Positions 12,113-21,354 of a DNA stretch of 64,000 bases are shown here, piece after piece. Where the stretch lies: NCBI GenBank assembly GCA_000004985.1, contig GG738860.1; one strand, written 5' to 3'. The notes beneath the pieces are model-generated. The model did not search any database and was not told the origin of the DNA. It saw nothing but the letters and a program-made list of their open reading frames with translations. The stretch's first letter is position 1. Every line of letters begins with the position of its first letter. The position numbers were made by a program, and so were the translations under genes. Source of the DNA: Naegleria gruberi. Its lineage: Eukaryota.

Positions 12113-13696
12113 TTACCATTCATCATCTGAATCAGTATCAGAATCCTCTTCGTCATGGATACCAGTGTTAGAGAACTTTTTCATGAGATATGACTTGAAA
12201 CCTTCCTTTTCATTTTCTGTAAAATCAGTTACAGGTGGAGGTGTTGGATTCTTCAAATTGTCCTTAGAGAAAGTCTTGATTTCAGAAAGGAAGTCAGCAG
12301 GCTTTGATGGAAGAGGTGGCTTTGAGACTGGAGGGGAGGTTGGAGTGGCCTTTGGTTTGACCTCAACCTTAATTGGACCTCCTCCCATTGGTGGTGGTGG
12401 TGGAATAGCTCCAACAGGAGGTGGTGGTGGAATAGATCCTCCCATTGGGGGTGGTGGTGGTACAGCAAAACTTCCTCCTCCCATAGGTGGTGGTGGTGGT
12501 GGAATAGATCCCATTGAAACTGGTGGTGGAGGTGGAATACTACCTGCTCCTCCATCATAGTCATCTGAAACATATGAAGTCATTGGTGGAGGTGGTGGAA
12601 CTGATCCTCCCATTGGTGGAGGTGGAGGAACAGATCCCATAGATACAGGCATAGGTGGAGGTGGAGGAACACCACTGGATGGTGAAGAAACTCCAAAAGG
12701 TGGTGGAGGAGGTGGAACTCTTCCTGAAGATGCATCACTAGAGACTGTTCTAATCTCATCAACAATTTGATTGTCATCTTCATGTGCCTTTTGTCTTTGT
12801 TTGGCAACTTTCTTTTCATACTTGTGCATGAGTTTTTGGAGACGTTCTTGAGTCTTTGGATCATTAGCTTCAACACCCATACCTCCCAAAACGTCCAAGT
12901 ATTCAGTTGGAAGACCGCTAGCTTCAAATTGGCCAGTTTCATGATTGATACCAACGTGAGCAGTGTTTTGGAAATTCTTTACAGAGCCCATTCTAAAGTT
13001 TGATCTTGAAGGTCTATTGTCAACTGGTTCTTCGACTGGTTTGACTTCTTCCTTCTTCAAGAACTTATCCTTGACACCTCTAAAGAAACCAAAGACACCA
13101 CCTGCTGCCTTTTCTTCCTTCTTTGGTACAGGACTACTTGGAGAAGATGTTTGAGGGAGTGGATTCTTTGGCTTGTCATTGGATGGCTTACTGATTGATT
13201 CAGGAAGTGGTGGTGGATTACTTGTTGCATTTGATGATACACTAGTTGGTGGAGAAGCAGAGACAACATTAGAGAGACGGTTGTTAACAAAGCTGCTAAA
13301 CTTTGAAGCAGCAGTCTTACTATTCAAGGCAACATTGATACCAACAATTCTATCATCGCTTTCAAAGGAAATAAAATTGTCATTCAATTGTTCAAATTGG
13401 AATTGTTCATAACATTCATGAGACCAAGTAACTTGATTGGTTTCAACATTGATTAGTTTCAAACAAAAGACATTGTTCATCAAATCCTTTCCGAAATAAA
13501 GGGCTCCCCAAATACCAGTATAAGACCATTCTTCTTCACCTTGCATACTTTCATAGATTGAAACAACAGCGCTTTGTTCAACACTCTTTTAAAAATATTA
13601 AGCGAATGATAATTTTATAAATCAACCTACCAAACCCTTAGTGGCAGTGAGAACAACACTAACGTCCAAAGGATCATATAATTCCTTATTGCTCAT
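12113..13696 (-). CDS. WASP-family actin nucleation-promoting factor (WH1-CRIB-polyPro-WH2-acidic), 2 exons
   Basis: Exons 13696-13631 and 13585-12113 with a 45-nt intron. WH1-like N-terminus; [39 protein letters not shown] (12911-13009); about 110 aa of PPPPP repeats; WH2 [15 protein letters not shown]; acidic tail [13 protein letters not shown] ending in Trp. Confidence 0.85.
12383..12718 (-). repeat. degenerate tandem polyproline repeats (GS[IV]PPPPP[PM]) inside the WASP CDS
   Basis: At least 8 units of (M)GG/GS-I/V-PPPPP are visible in the translation. The + strand shows a reiterated ggtggtggtgg motif. Confidence 0.8.
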
Positions 13697-14085
13697 TTTT
13701 CTATTTTTTTTAAAATTTGATATTTTTAATAACCTTGATCATCTTGGAACATGCTGATGATGACTATTAAGATATTAAACTTCGTAAGGGCATGGAACCT
13801 TGTTCACTTTTCAATCACGTCTCTTTCAATGCCAGGCAAAACTATTGTTGCACAAATAAATCTTAATATCTTTCACAACTTCCACTAGCATTTATTTTGC
13901 TGCCTGACAGACAACCTATCAACACTTTAATGATTGCCCTGACATTCATATAGCCTTAAAAAAATGAGCAACAGCCAACGAAAAAGTAAGCAATCAACAG
14001 CAGCAGCAGCTCCTCATCAGAAGCTTCTTCATCACAACAGCAACGGGATGAAAGTCTACTATTGTTAGCCTACGAGGGTGAGAAT

Positions 14086-15549
14086 ATGAAACGATATCCA
14101 ACAAGAAGAGCATCACAATTAGCAAATGAAGCCTTGGAAATTGATAAGACAGATGATGAAGGTTTGTTTTTTCATCAATTAGGAAATTAAATTGAAACTC
14201 TAATAGATTATATTGACGAGGAAGCAGCTTCATCTAGTGATTCCTTTGATGATGAGGAAACTCTTGAAGCTGACTATGAAAGTGATTCAGATTCACAGAA
14301 AGAAAAACCATCATCTAAACGTAAGTCACTCTGTCAAAATATCAATCAATATTAATTTCATTCGTTTACCTTATTAACAACAGGTTCTCAAATATCAAAA
14401 CCTGCTAGACATGTATTAATGTCATGGTTGGAGGAACACTTTGAGCATCCCTATCCTGATGATAACCAAAAAGAAGAATTGATGAAAAAGACCGGTCTCA
14501 CCATTAATCAAATTAATATTTGGTTTGTAAATTCAAGAATGAGAGTGTGGAAGCCTAGGCATCACGATTCACAAATTACCAAGACTGAACCAAATTCACC
14601 AAATGGAAATTCTGATGGTTCAGGAAGTAAGCCAAGACAAGAGAAGAAAATAGACATGTTGAATGATGAATTGAAATCATCACTTGCAGCTCGAATTAAT
14701 CCAAACAATGCCAATGTTACCAGGACAAATATTGTGGGAAGTTTGCCTAATGGTCTACCAACTCCATCCACAGTCATCTGTAGAGGAAACTTACCTAAAG
14801 AAGCTGTTGATTCATTGCTCAAGTGGTTATTCGATAACTTTAGTCATCCATATCCTTCAGATGCAGAGAAAGATGTATTGGCTGAAGAAACAAATCTTAC
14901 CTTAACACAAGTCAACAATTGGTTCATCAATGCAAGAAGGAGAATATGGAAACCAATTCTCCAAAAAATCAAATCAAAGGGAATGGATAAAGATGAACTC
15001 CTTTCTCAAGGAAAACTATCAGAAGTTGCCAAATCATTCTATAAGGACCAGAAAATTGGGGAAGAGGAACCAACAAAGAGGAAATCTAAAAGCTCCAAAG
15101 GAGGTTACAGCTCAGATCATGAAGAATCCACACCTAAAAAGCAAAAGAGGGACAACTCTCTCCTCATACCTCAAGACCTGATGACCCATACAGAGCCAAC
15201 CATTACAAGAGAATCAACGATCAAAACTAGACCAAAAATTGAAAATAACAAATTAACTCATAGAGAGCTATTCATTGATCAATACAGACTCTCAATGGAG
15301 AATCAAAAGCTTGAGGAAGATATTCATCAAGTCTATGACAGGTATGCCTCAGTTTTGGAAAATATCAGTGAAAAGAATGTGAAACTTCTCTCCCACATTA
15401 CCCTCCTCGAACAAAAGCAACAACAAATAAGATTGAATAATGAACTCTTGAAGAAAGAGGTTGATTTATTGAGAAGTAGTAAGGTGGTGAATTCTAATCC
15501 TTTCAACGTGGGTTCATTCCTCGTGGAAGAATTAGGATCTTCAATGTAA
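14086..15549 (+). CDS. TALE-class homeobox protein with two homeodomains and a C-terminal coiled coil, 3 exons
   Basis: Exons 14086-14161, 14207-14320, 14384-15549 (GT..AG, phases consistent). HD1 is PARHVLMSWLEEHFEHPYPDDNQKEELMKKTGLTINQINIWFVNSRMRVWKP. HD2 is LPKEAVDSLLKWLFDNFSHPYPSDAEKDVLAEETNLTLTQVNNWFINARRRIWKP. Both have the TALE 3-aa loop (HPYP) and WF.N.R. The 5' end is uncertain: the frame is open upstream to about 14010 without an ATG. Confidence 0.8.
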
Positions 15550-15554
15550 ATTAT

Positions 15555-16268
15555 TTACAAATTTCTGCATGCAGTGACAACATCAGGATGATGCTCAAGG
15601 TAGTACTTTGAAGCAAAATCAATAAACTCACTTGTTGAACCAATTTCTTGATAGTTGTCACCATTTTCTAGAATGATATATGGTGACAAGAATTGTTGTG
15701 ACCATTTACTCCACACAGATTTAAATGGTTTGACAATCCACGAGCTATCAGTATCAATTTTACTCTTCAAATCTAAGACAGCATTGTAGAATTGTTCATG
15801 GTTTGGGTGTGATTGATAATTATTGGTTACTTTTGGTGAATAGTTTGGTAACTTTTCAGCAATACACTTGGCAATATTAAAGCTCTTGAAGCTATCTTGG
15901 TTTTCTGTATTTACATCTGCAATAATGTGAAAGATAGATTTACTGTTTGCCAATCTATCAGTCAGATATTTATCTTTTCCGAGATGACTATAAAATTCCT
16001 TTCTCTTGTAGAGGATAGATGGATTACTAAGTGATCGTTTGATGATGAGTTGATAAAAGATTATTTGAATAACAACGATCGCCAGAATAATCGATAGTTT
16101 AAATGTTCTGGATGAATTCCACAAATTATCCAATAAGCGGCTGAGAGGAGGAAGTGGTTTTTCCTTGTTGCTATTTGATAATGTTGCTGATTTTGAATAT
16201 GACGATTCCGAGAGGGGAATATCAGCAGAGTGAAGATGTGATCGTGAGTGTGTTTGTGGCAGAGTCAT
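15555..16268 (-). CDS. hypothetical single-pass membrane protein
   Basis: 237-aa ATG ORF with one hydrophobic segment (FKLSIILAIVVIQIIFYQLII). No family recognised. Confidence 0.45.
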   Translation of the reverse strand: MTLPQTHSRSHLHSADIPLSESSYSKSATLSNSNKEKPLPPLSRLLDNLWNSSRTFKLSIILAIVVIQIIFYQLIIKRSLSNPSILYKRKEFYSHLGKDKYLTDRLANSKSIFHIIADVNTENQDSFKSFNIAKCIAEKLPNYSPKVTNNYQSHPNHEQFYNAVLDLKSKIDTDSSWIVKPFKSVWSKWSQQFLSPYIILENGDNYQEIGSTSEFIDFASKYYLEHHPDVVTACRNL

Positions 16269-16319
16269 TTTATTTATTTGTTTTATTTGTCTTTCTTATT
16301 AGGAGGTCACAACTTCAGT

Positions 16320-18015
16320 TTACAACATCTTTTTGGAAGCCAACTTGGAGTGATGCTGCAGTTTTTCAATCAACGTTTTCAATCCAGTTCCCATTTGCTG
16401 TTCGTATTGTTGCAAAATTAAGTTGTTGTTAACAAATATTTAATATAAATATGTGGTTAATATAAAAGAGGTAAAAGTTATTGAAAGTATGCTTAAAAAA
16501 ACTTACAACTTGATTTTGCAAACTGGAGAGGGCTGCAGGATCACAGTAAATAGCATCATGCTTAATGAGAGAATCTATTGAGACTATGGTTGGTTCATCT
16601 ATCTTTCCAGTTGTTGAAATATTTTCGATATTTCCTACACTGGTTGGGAAAATATCCTTAATGATCTTTTTGAATGAAGGATAAATGATTGTTTCAATGT
16701 AAATTTCTGTTGGTTGCCTAACACAAACACCGGTACACATTTCAAAAAGCAAATATCCAAAAGATTCCAAAATAGTTCTTGCATTATTGTTAAATGAATT
16801 TCTAGCAAAGAGTAAAAATTGATCTTCCAATGAAGTTAGTTTGCAGTGGTAGTGAACTCCATTTTCATTGTTTGATTTTTCAATTAGAATATTCTTGGAT
16901 GAGATGTGAGTGTATTCAAATCCAATTTGTGAAAGAGACTTTAAAGCACAAAGTATTTGTCCACTAAATTGACTAATAATGTCAGGATCCATAGTATTTT
17001 CTCTCCTTAATGTTTCAATAAGTTGAGATAGGGTTCCAACTGTATTATGCGAAAGATTGAAAAGAGAGTAGCACCTTCCTTGTCCCAATGAAAAATCGAT
17101 ATGAGAAACTGGCATAATGTATGGAGATAAATTTCCAATATTTGACATCAATTGAATAAAAGACCTTCTCATTGTGGCGTCATTAATCATTACTACTGAT
17201 TGACTGGAACAATTTGTATAAACCATCAGTCCAAAGTTGACTCCCACTGCTGTATTTGATTGTGATGAATTTGATTGTGGTAATGTCACAAAATTAGTAG
17301 AACTGTTAGCACTGTTTGAGCTTGAATTATCATCAAAATGTATATTCTTTGATCCTCTATTCTTAATAGTTTGACAATAAGCTAAGGTTTTGTAAGATGA
17401 AGCATTTAAGGTAAGCAATAATTGAAAGTAACTTGTAACAAAATCTTTCAGAGATTCCTTCTTCTCAATGAGTTCATAATCTGTTGGACGTAAGACGGTT
17501 CTAACTTGATACATTAAATCAATATGACCCAGCACTTTCTTTTGATATAAGCTCACATAATCGGTAATTTGTCTATTCAAATTATTATTCTTATACTTTT
17601 GAATGAGATTTGAAAAACCTTCCTTCAAAATATTTCCACTCGAATCATCTGTTGAAGATTTGTGATGATAATAAGAATTGGACAAGGGAATTGTCTCCTC
17701 ATCATCTGCTTCATTATTAATATTTGATGATTTCACTTTTCTAGTTGAAGAAATTCCAAAAACTTGTAAAACCGATTCCGAATTAATACCCGATTCATAA
17801 TATGAAGCCTCTCTTCTTCTCCTAGTTATTATTCTATAAAGAACCAATCCAACACAGGCAAAAAACACCAACACGACCACAATCATCGAGATGATAAATT
17901 CGGGCTTTAAAATAAATAAAACTTCATCTGTTTCCGCATTAGAAGTTGCCATCGTTGAAGTGGAGTCCACCATTAAGTTATTACTGTTCATTACTTTTAG
18001 AATTTGATCTAACAT
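16320..18015 (-). CDS. single-pass membrane protein with a degenerate protein-kinase-like (pseudokinase) domain, 2 exons
   Basis: Exon 18015-16507, GTAAGT donor, 109-nt intron, then terminal exon 16397-16320 (QMGTGLKTLIEKLQHHSKLASKKML*). TM segment FIISMIVVVLVFFACVGLVLY. The catalytic-loop-like THISSKNILI has the HRD Asp replaced, CKLTSLED stands in place of DFG, and a FGYLLFEMCTG APE-region helix follows. Confidence 0.55.
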
Positions 18016-18269
18016 GATGATGAATTAAATGTGTAGATTTTTTTGTTGAGTTTTTTCGTAAGGTTTGATGGGGAATGTGGCTGAAAGAACCTTGGGAGTG
18101 AATTTTGGAAAGTACTCTTGGAATGGAAAGAATAATTTTCCAATAAAATTTAATATCTCGGAGTGTATTGTAATATGCAATAATCAGATGAAAAGAAGTG
18201 GCGGAAGCAGGTTGGATCTCTCTTTCAAATAATAGTAAGTGGTAGTAGAATAATTAAATTTGTTTTCAT

Positions 18270-18297
18270 TTTGGCGGTAAAAGAAGATTGGCGCCAA
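18270..18297. promoter_or_regulatory. E2F-like sites TTTGGCGG and palindromic TTGGCGCCAA upstream of the CEP120-like gene
   Basis: 18270-18277 TTTGGCGG and 18288-18297 TTGGCGCCAA, 28-55 bp upstream of ATG 18325. Confidence 0.4.
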
Positions 18298-18324
18298 TAT
18301 TACGTACAAATAATATTCAAAAAA

Positions 18325-19794
18325 ATGTCTCAAATAGAATTGAACATGTCTGCAACACCTTCATTCTCGGGCAACTCTCAGGTGCCACAATCCGAGTTTG
18401 ATCTGGTCAACATGACGGATGAACAACAGAGAGAGTTGGCTGTAGAATTGATTAGAAACACGCCAGAATATAAGGCAGCTTGGGAGCTGGAATTATGGAA
18501 AAAACGAGAAAAAACTGTCTACAAAAAACAACTTGAAGAGAAGGAAAAACAACACTTGAAGAATGTGGAAGCAAAATTAAGAGAGGAATTTAGTAAATAT
18601 GAAAAACAAATCTTGGAACAAAAAGAAATTCTTAAAAGTAAGGAACAACAATACAATCAAGTGTTGGAAGAGATGAATGCAAGAGAGAAACAATTGGTAG
18701 GAGTTGAACTAGAGCTGAGGAGAAGAAAAACAGAGCTAGAAACTGATTATCAAAGAAAAATCGAGCATATGGAACATGTGATTAAAATGGAGAAGGAATC
18801 TTTTCAACAGCGACTGCAATTGGAAACCATTAAAAATCAAGAGCTTCAGAAGAGAATAGACCAACAATTATCTCACGATGTGATGGAACTCAATGAGAGA
18901 ATAACAAAGCTTCAAGTAGAAAATGAATCCCTTGAATCAAAACTTCATCAAGCCACTAATTCCAAACAAAATTACAAAATCCAATGGAAAAAAGTATCTG
19001 AAGAACTGATTAGAACAAAGAAGAAACAAGAATCAGAATTGAGAAAATTACAGCAAAAGATAATTGCTCTCCAAACTTTACAGACCTCTCCATTGACTCC
19101 TTCACAACCACCTCCAATGAATCCATTCTATCCTCACCCAAATATGCCTCAAAATTACCAGTATCCAAATCAAATGAATCCTCACTCTCCATTCTATCCA
19201 TATCCTCCAATGCAATCCCCATTCGATCCGAATAATATGCAACAAAATCCTCAGAATTTCATTCCTCCAAATCAGCAGCAACAAAAGCAAGATGCCGATG
19301 AAATTGGTTCTCTCAAAAAGATGCTTGCCGATCTGATTAAGAAAGAAACAGAAGACAAGAAGGAAGATAGCAAACTCAATACTTCGACATCGAGTTCAGG
19401 ATCTACCTCTTCAACATCCTCAGGAGAGAGCAATCGTAAGGGTAGTAAGAGAACTTCTCCATCGTCTTCCCCTCCCACTGTAAAAACAGCAAACTCCACC
19501 ACAAAGAAAACCTCACCTCCTCGTCAACAACAAACTAAACAGGAAGTTTTTGCCTATCCATCGCCTCATCTCGATAACAGTAGATACGAAGAAGAACCAT
19601 CCTTAAACGAAACCCAAAACGATATTTCTGTTGAGGCTCACAATTTTGCAAATCATGACCAGAACGAGAATGATGAAAGAAGCAGAGAGTTTAAACGATT
19701 ACTCCGAGAGAAATCCAGACTTTTGAAATCTGGAATTTACGATTCAAAGAGTGATATTATTCTAGAAATTGAAAAGAAACTTCAATCTTTGTAA
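18325..19794 (+). CDS. coiled-coil protein resembling the C-terminal (coiled-coil) half of centriolar protein CEP120
   Basis: The first ATG is at 18325. Blocks PEYKAAWELELWKK, ATNSKQNYKIQWKKVSEELIRTKKKQE and C-terminal LLREKSRLLKSGIYDSKSDIILEIEKKL match my memory of conserved CEP120 C-terminal blocks. No C2 domains are present. There is a P/Q-rich insert. Confidence 0.4.
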   Translation: MSQIELNMSATPSFSGNSQVPQSEFDLVNMTDEQQRELAVELIRNTPEYKAAWELELWKKREKTVYKKQLEEKEKQHLKNVEAKLREEFSKYEKQILEQKEILKSKEQQYNQVLEEMNAREKQLVGVELELRRRKTELETDYQRKIEHMEHVIKMEKESFQQRLQLETIKNQELQKRIDQQLSHDVMELNERITKLQVENESLESKLHQATNSKQNYKIQWKKVSEELIRTKKKQESELRKLQQKIIALQTLQTSPLTPSQPPPMNPFYPHPNMPQNYQYPNQMNPHSPFYPYPPMQSPFDPNNMQQNPQNFIPPNQQQQKQDADEIGSLKKMLADLIKKETEDKKEDSKLNTSTSSSGSTSSTSSGESNRKGSKRTSPSSSPPTVKTANSTTKKTSPPRQQQTKQEVFAYPSPHLDNSRYEEEPSLNETQNDISVEAHNFANHDQNENDERSREFKRLLREKSRLLKSGIYDSKSDIILEIEKKLQSL

Positions 19795-19959
19795 ATACTT
19801 ACGAATAATATTCTATCTATTAAGCGAAATAAACTCCAGGAAGTACTTGAAGAGATCATCTGCTTTACACTGTAAAGAAACTATTCATTTCTATTGGATG
19901 CGTGTTTCTCTTAATTCCATCGCTCATTGGAATAACAAGCTTCTTTAAATAAAAAGAAA

Positions 19960-19967
19960 CCGCCAAA
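19960..19967. promoter_or_regulatory. E2F-like site (CCGCCAAA) upstream of the BRCT gene
   Basis: The reverse complement is TTTGGCGG. It lies 17 bp upstream of ATG 19984. Confidence 0.35.
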
Positions 19968-19983
19968 ATTCACAAGTAAAAAA

Positions 19984-21318
19984 ATGACCCAAAACTCATC
20001 AACACCAACATCACCAATTCTCGGTTCGTCATCGTTTGATGACAACAAATCGGAGGCAAGTTCCACACCTTATGAACCATCCCCAGAGTTATTTAAAAAG
20101 CCAACAAAAACAATCATACAAACATCTGATGATGATTATGACTTTGAAGAAGAGAACGATAATAATAAGAAAGAAGAATCTTCTGATGACGATTCAGCTA
20201 ACAAATACGAAGAAGAAAGAAAAAAGAAAATAGAAAGAAACAAAATGTTACTTGCTAATTTAGGCCTTGGTAATGGTTTATTACCAAAGAATAATAACTC
20301 TACCACAACAAAGAAATCAAGAAGGTCAACCGGAAGTGAAAGTGGTGAACCAACAGAAGTCAGAAGATCTTCCAGACTTTCGTCTAAACCAAAACCAGTC
20401 TACAACTATAGAGAACTTGAAAAGGTAGAAAAAGAATCTAGAAGAGTCATTGCACAAGAGAAAAAGCTAAAGAAGGAAGAACAAAGATTAAAATACTTTT
20501 CAAAGAGAACACTGAGGAAACATCGTGGTGAAGAGGAAGAAAGTGCTGAAGAAACTGATGAAGACACTTACGTTTCCGAATATAATGAAAATAATAAGAG
20601 AAGAAGCTCAAGAAATAAGAAGAAGATTGATTATGCAGGTTTGGAACATGGAGACTCAGAAAGTGAAGGTGAATTTGAAGAATTTGACCAGGTGACAGTA
20701 GTAGTGGAAGAATCTCCAAAAAAGAAAAAGAAAGTCACCAAAAAGAGTACGATTGCTTCTCCAGTATGCTCTTTTTCAAATTTTACAATATCAGATGAAC
20801 ATGCTGTTAGCTACACTGAAATTGGTGGAACAGTTGCTGAGACACCAAGCGATGAGAATATCACTCATGTCGTTACAAAGGTCTACAAGAGAACTCTCAA
20901 ACTCATGTGTGGAATAATTAGAGGAGCTTACATAGTGTCGGAAGATTGGCTCCTGGATTCTTTAGAAAATGGATATTTTGTTGATGAGAAACCATATCTC
21001 ATTAAGGCTGATGGTGTGAGTCTATTACAAGCAAGAAAACGTGCCTTAGCCCAACCAATATTTGCAGATCTCAAATTCTTTATTTGTGATGATGTACAAG
21101 CTCGTGATATTGTAACACAAATCATTGAAACAGGTTCAGGGTCGATTATCACTGCCATTGATGAAATGTTGGAAGAGGACTATGATTTTGAGAATTGCTA
21201 TATTATATACGAAGAGGAAGAGACAAAAGACAAGTATCCAACACTACCAAACGAAGTTTTCAGGACAAAGGAATTTATCTTCACAGCTGCTGTGTCCCAA
21301 AAAATAGAAGATGTGTAG
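19984..21318 (+). CDS. tandem-BRCT domain protein with acidic/basic N-terminal region
   Basis: 444-aa ATG ORF. C-terminal BRCT-like blocks: ITHVVTKVYKRTLKLMCGIIRGAYIVSEDWLLDSLENGYFVDEKPY, and a second FADLKFFICDD...ETGSGSII. Confidence 0.6.
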   Translation: MTQNSSTPTSPILGSSSFDDNKSEASSTPYEPSPELFKKPTKTIIQTSDDDYDFEEENDNNKKEESSDDDSANKYEEERKKKIERNKMLLANLGLGNGLLPKNNNSTTTKKSRRSTGSESGEPTEVRRSSRLSSKPKPVYNYRELEKVEKESRRVIAQEKKLKKEEQRLKYFSKRTLRKHRGEEEESAEETDEDTYVSEYNENNKRRSSRNKKKIDYAGLEHGDSESEGEFEEFDQVTVVVEESPKKKKKVTKKSTIASPVCSFSNFTISDEHAVSYTEIGGTVAETPSDENITHVVTKVYKRTLKLMCGIIRGAYIVSEDWLLDSLENGYFVDEKPYLIKADGVSLLQARKRALAQPIFADLKFFICDDVQARDIVTQIIETGSGSIITAIDEMLEEDYDFENCYIIYEEEETKDKYPTLPNEVFRTKEFIFTAAVSQKIEDV

Positions 21319-21354
21319 ACAAGAGATGACATTTGACGACATCAAAATTAAAAA

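Noticed and set aside
12165-12573. Gly-rich + strand ORF and His/Leu-rich alternative frame overlapping the WASP polyproline region
   Set aside because: They are the antisense or frame-shifted reading of CCN-rich polyproline codons (GGN antisense). WASP domain logic supports only the annotated frame.
13755-13907. Possible C/D-box snoRNA (TGATGA at 13755, CTGA at 13904) in the WASP/homeobox intergenic region
   Set aside because: The boxes are about 150 nt apart, there is no terminal stem complementarity, and no D'/C' boxes are evident. This is most likely chance.
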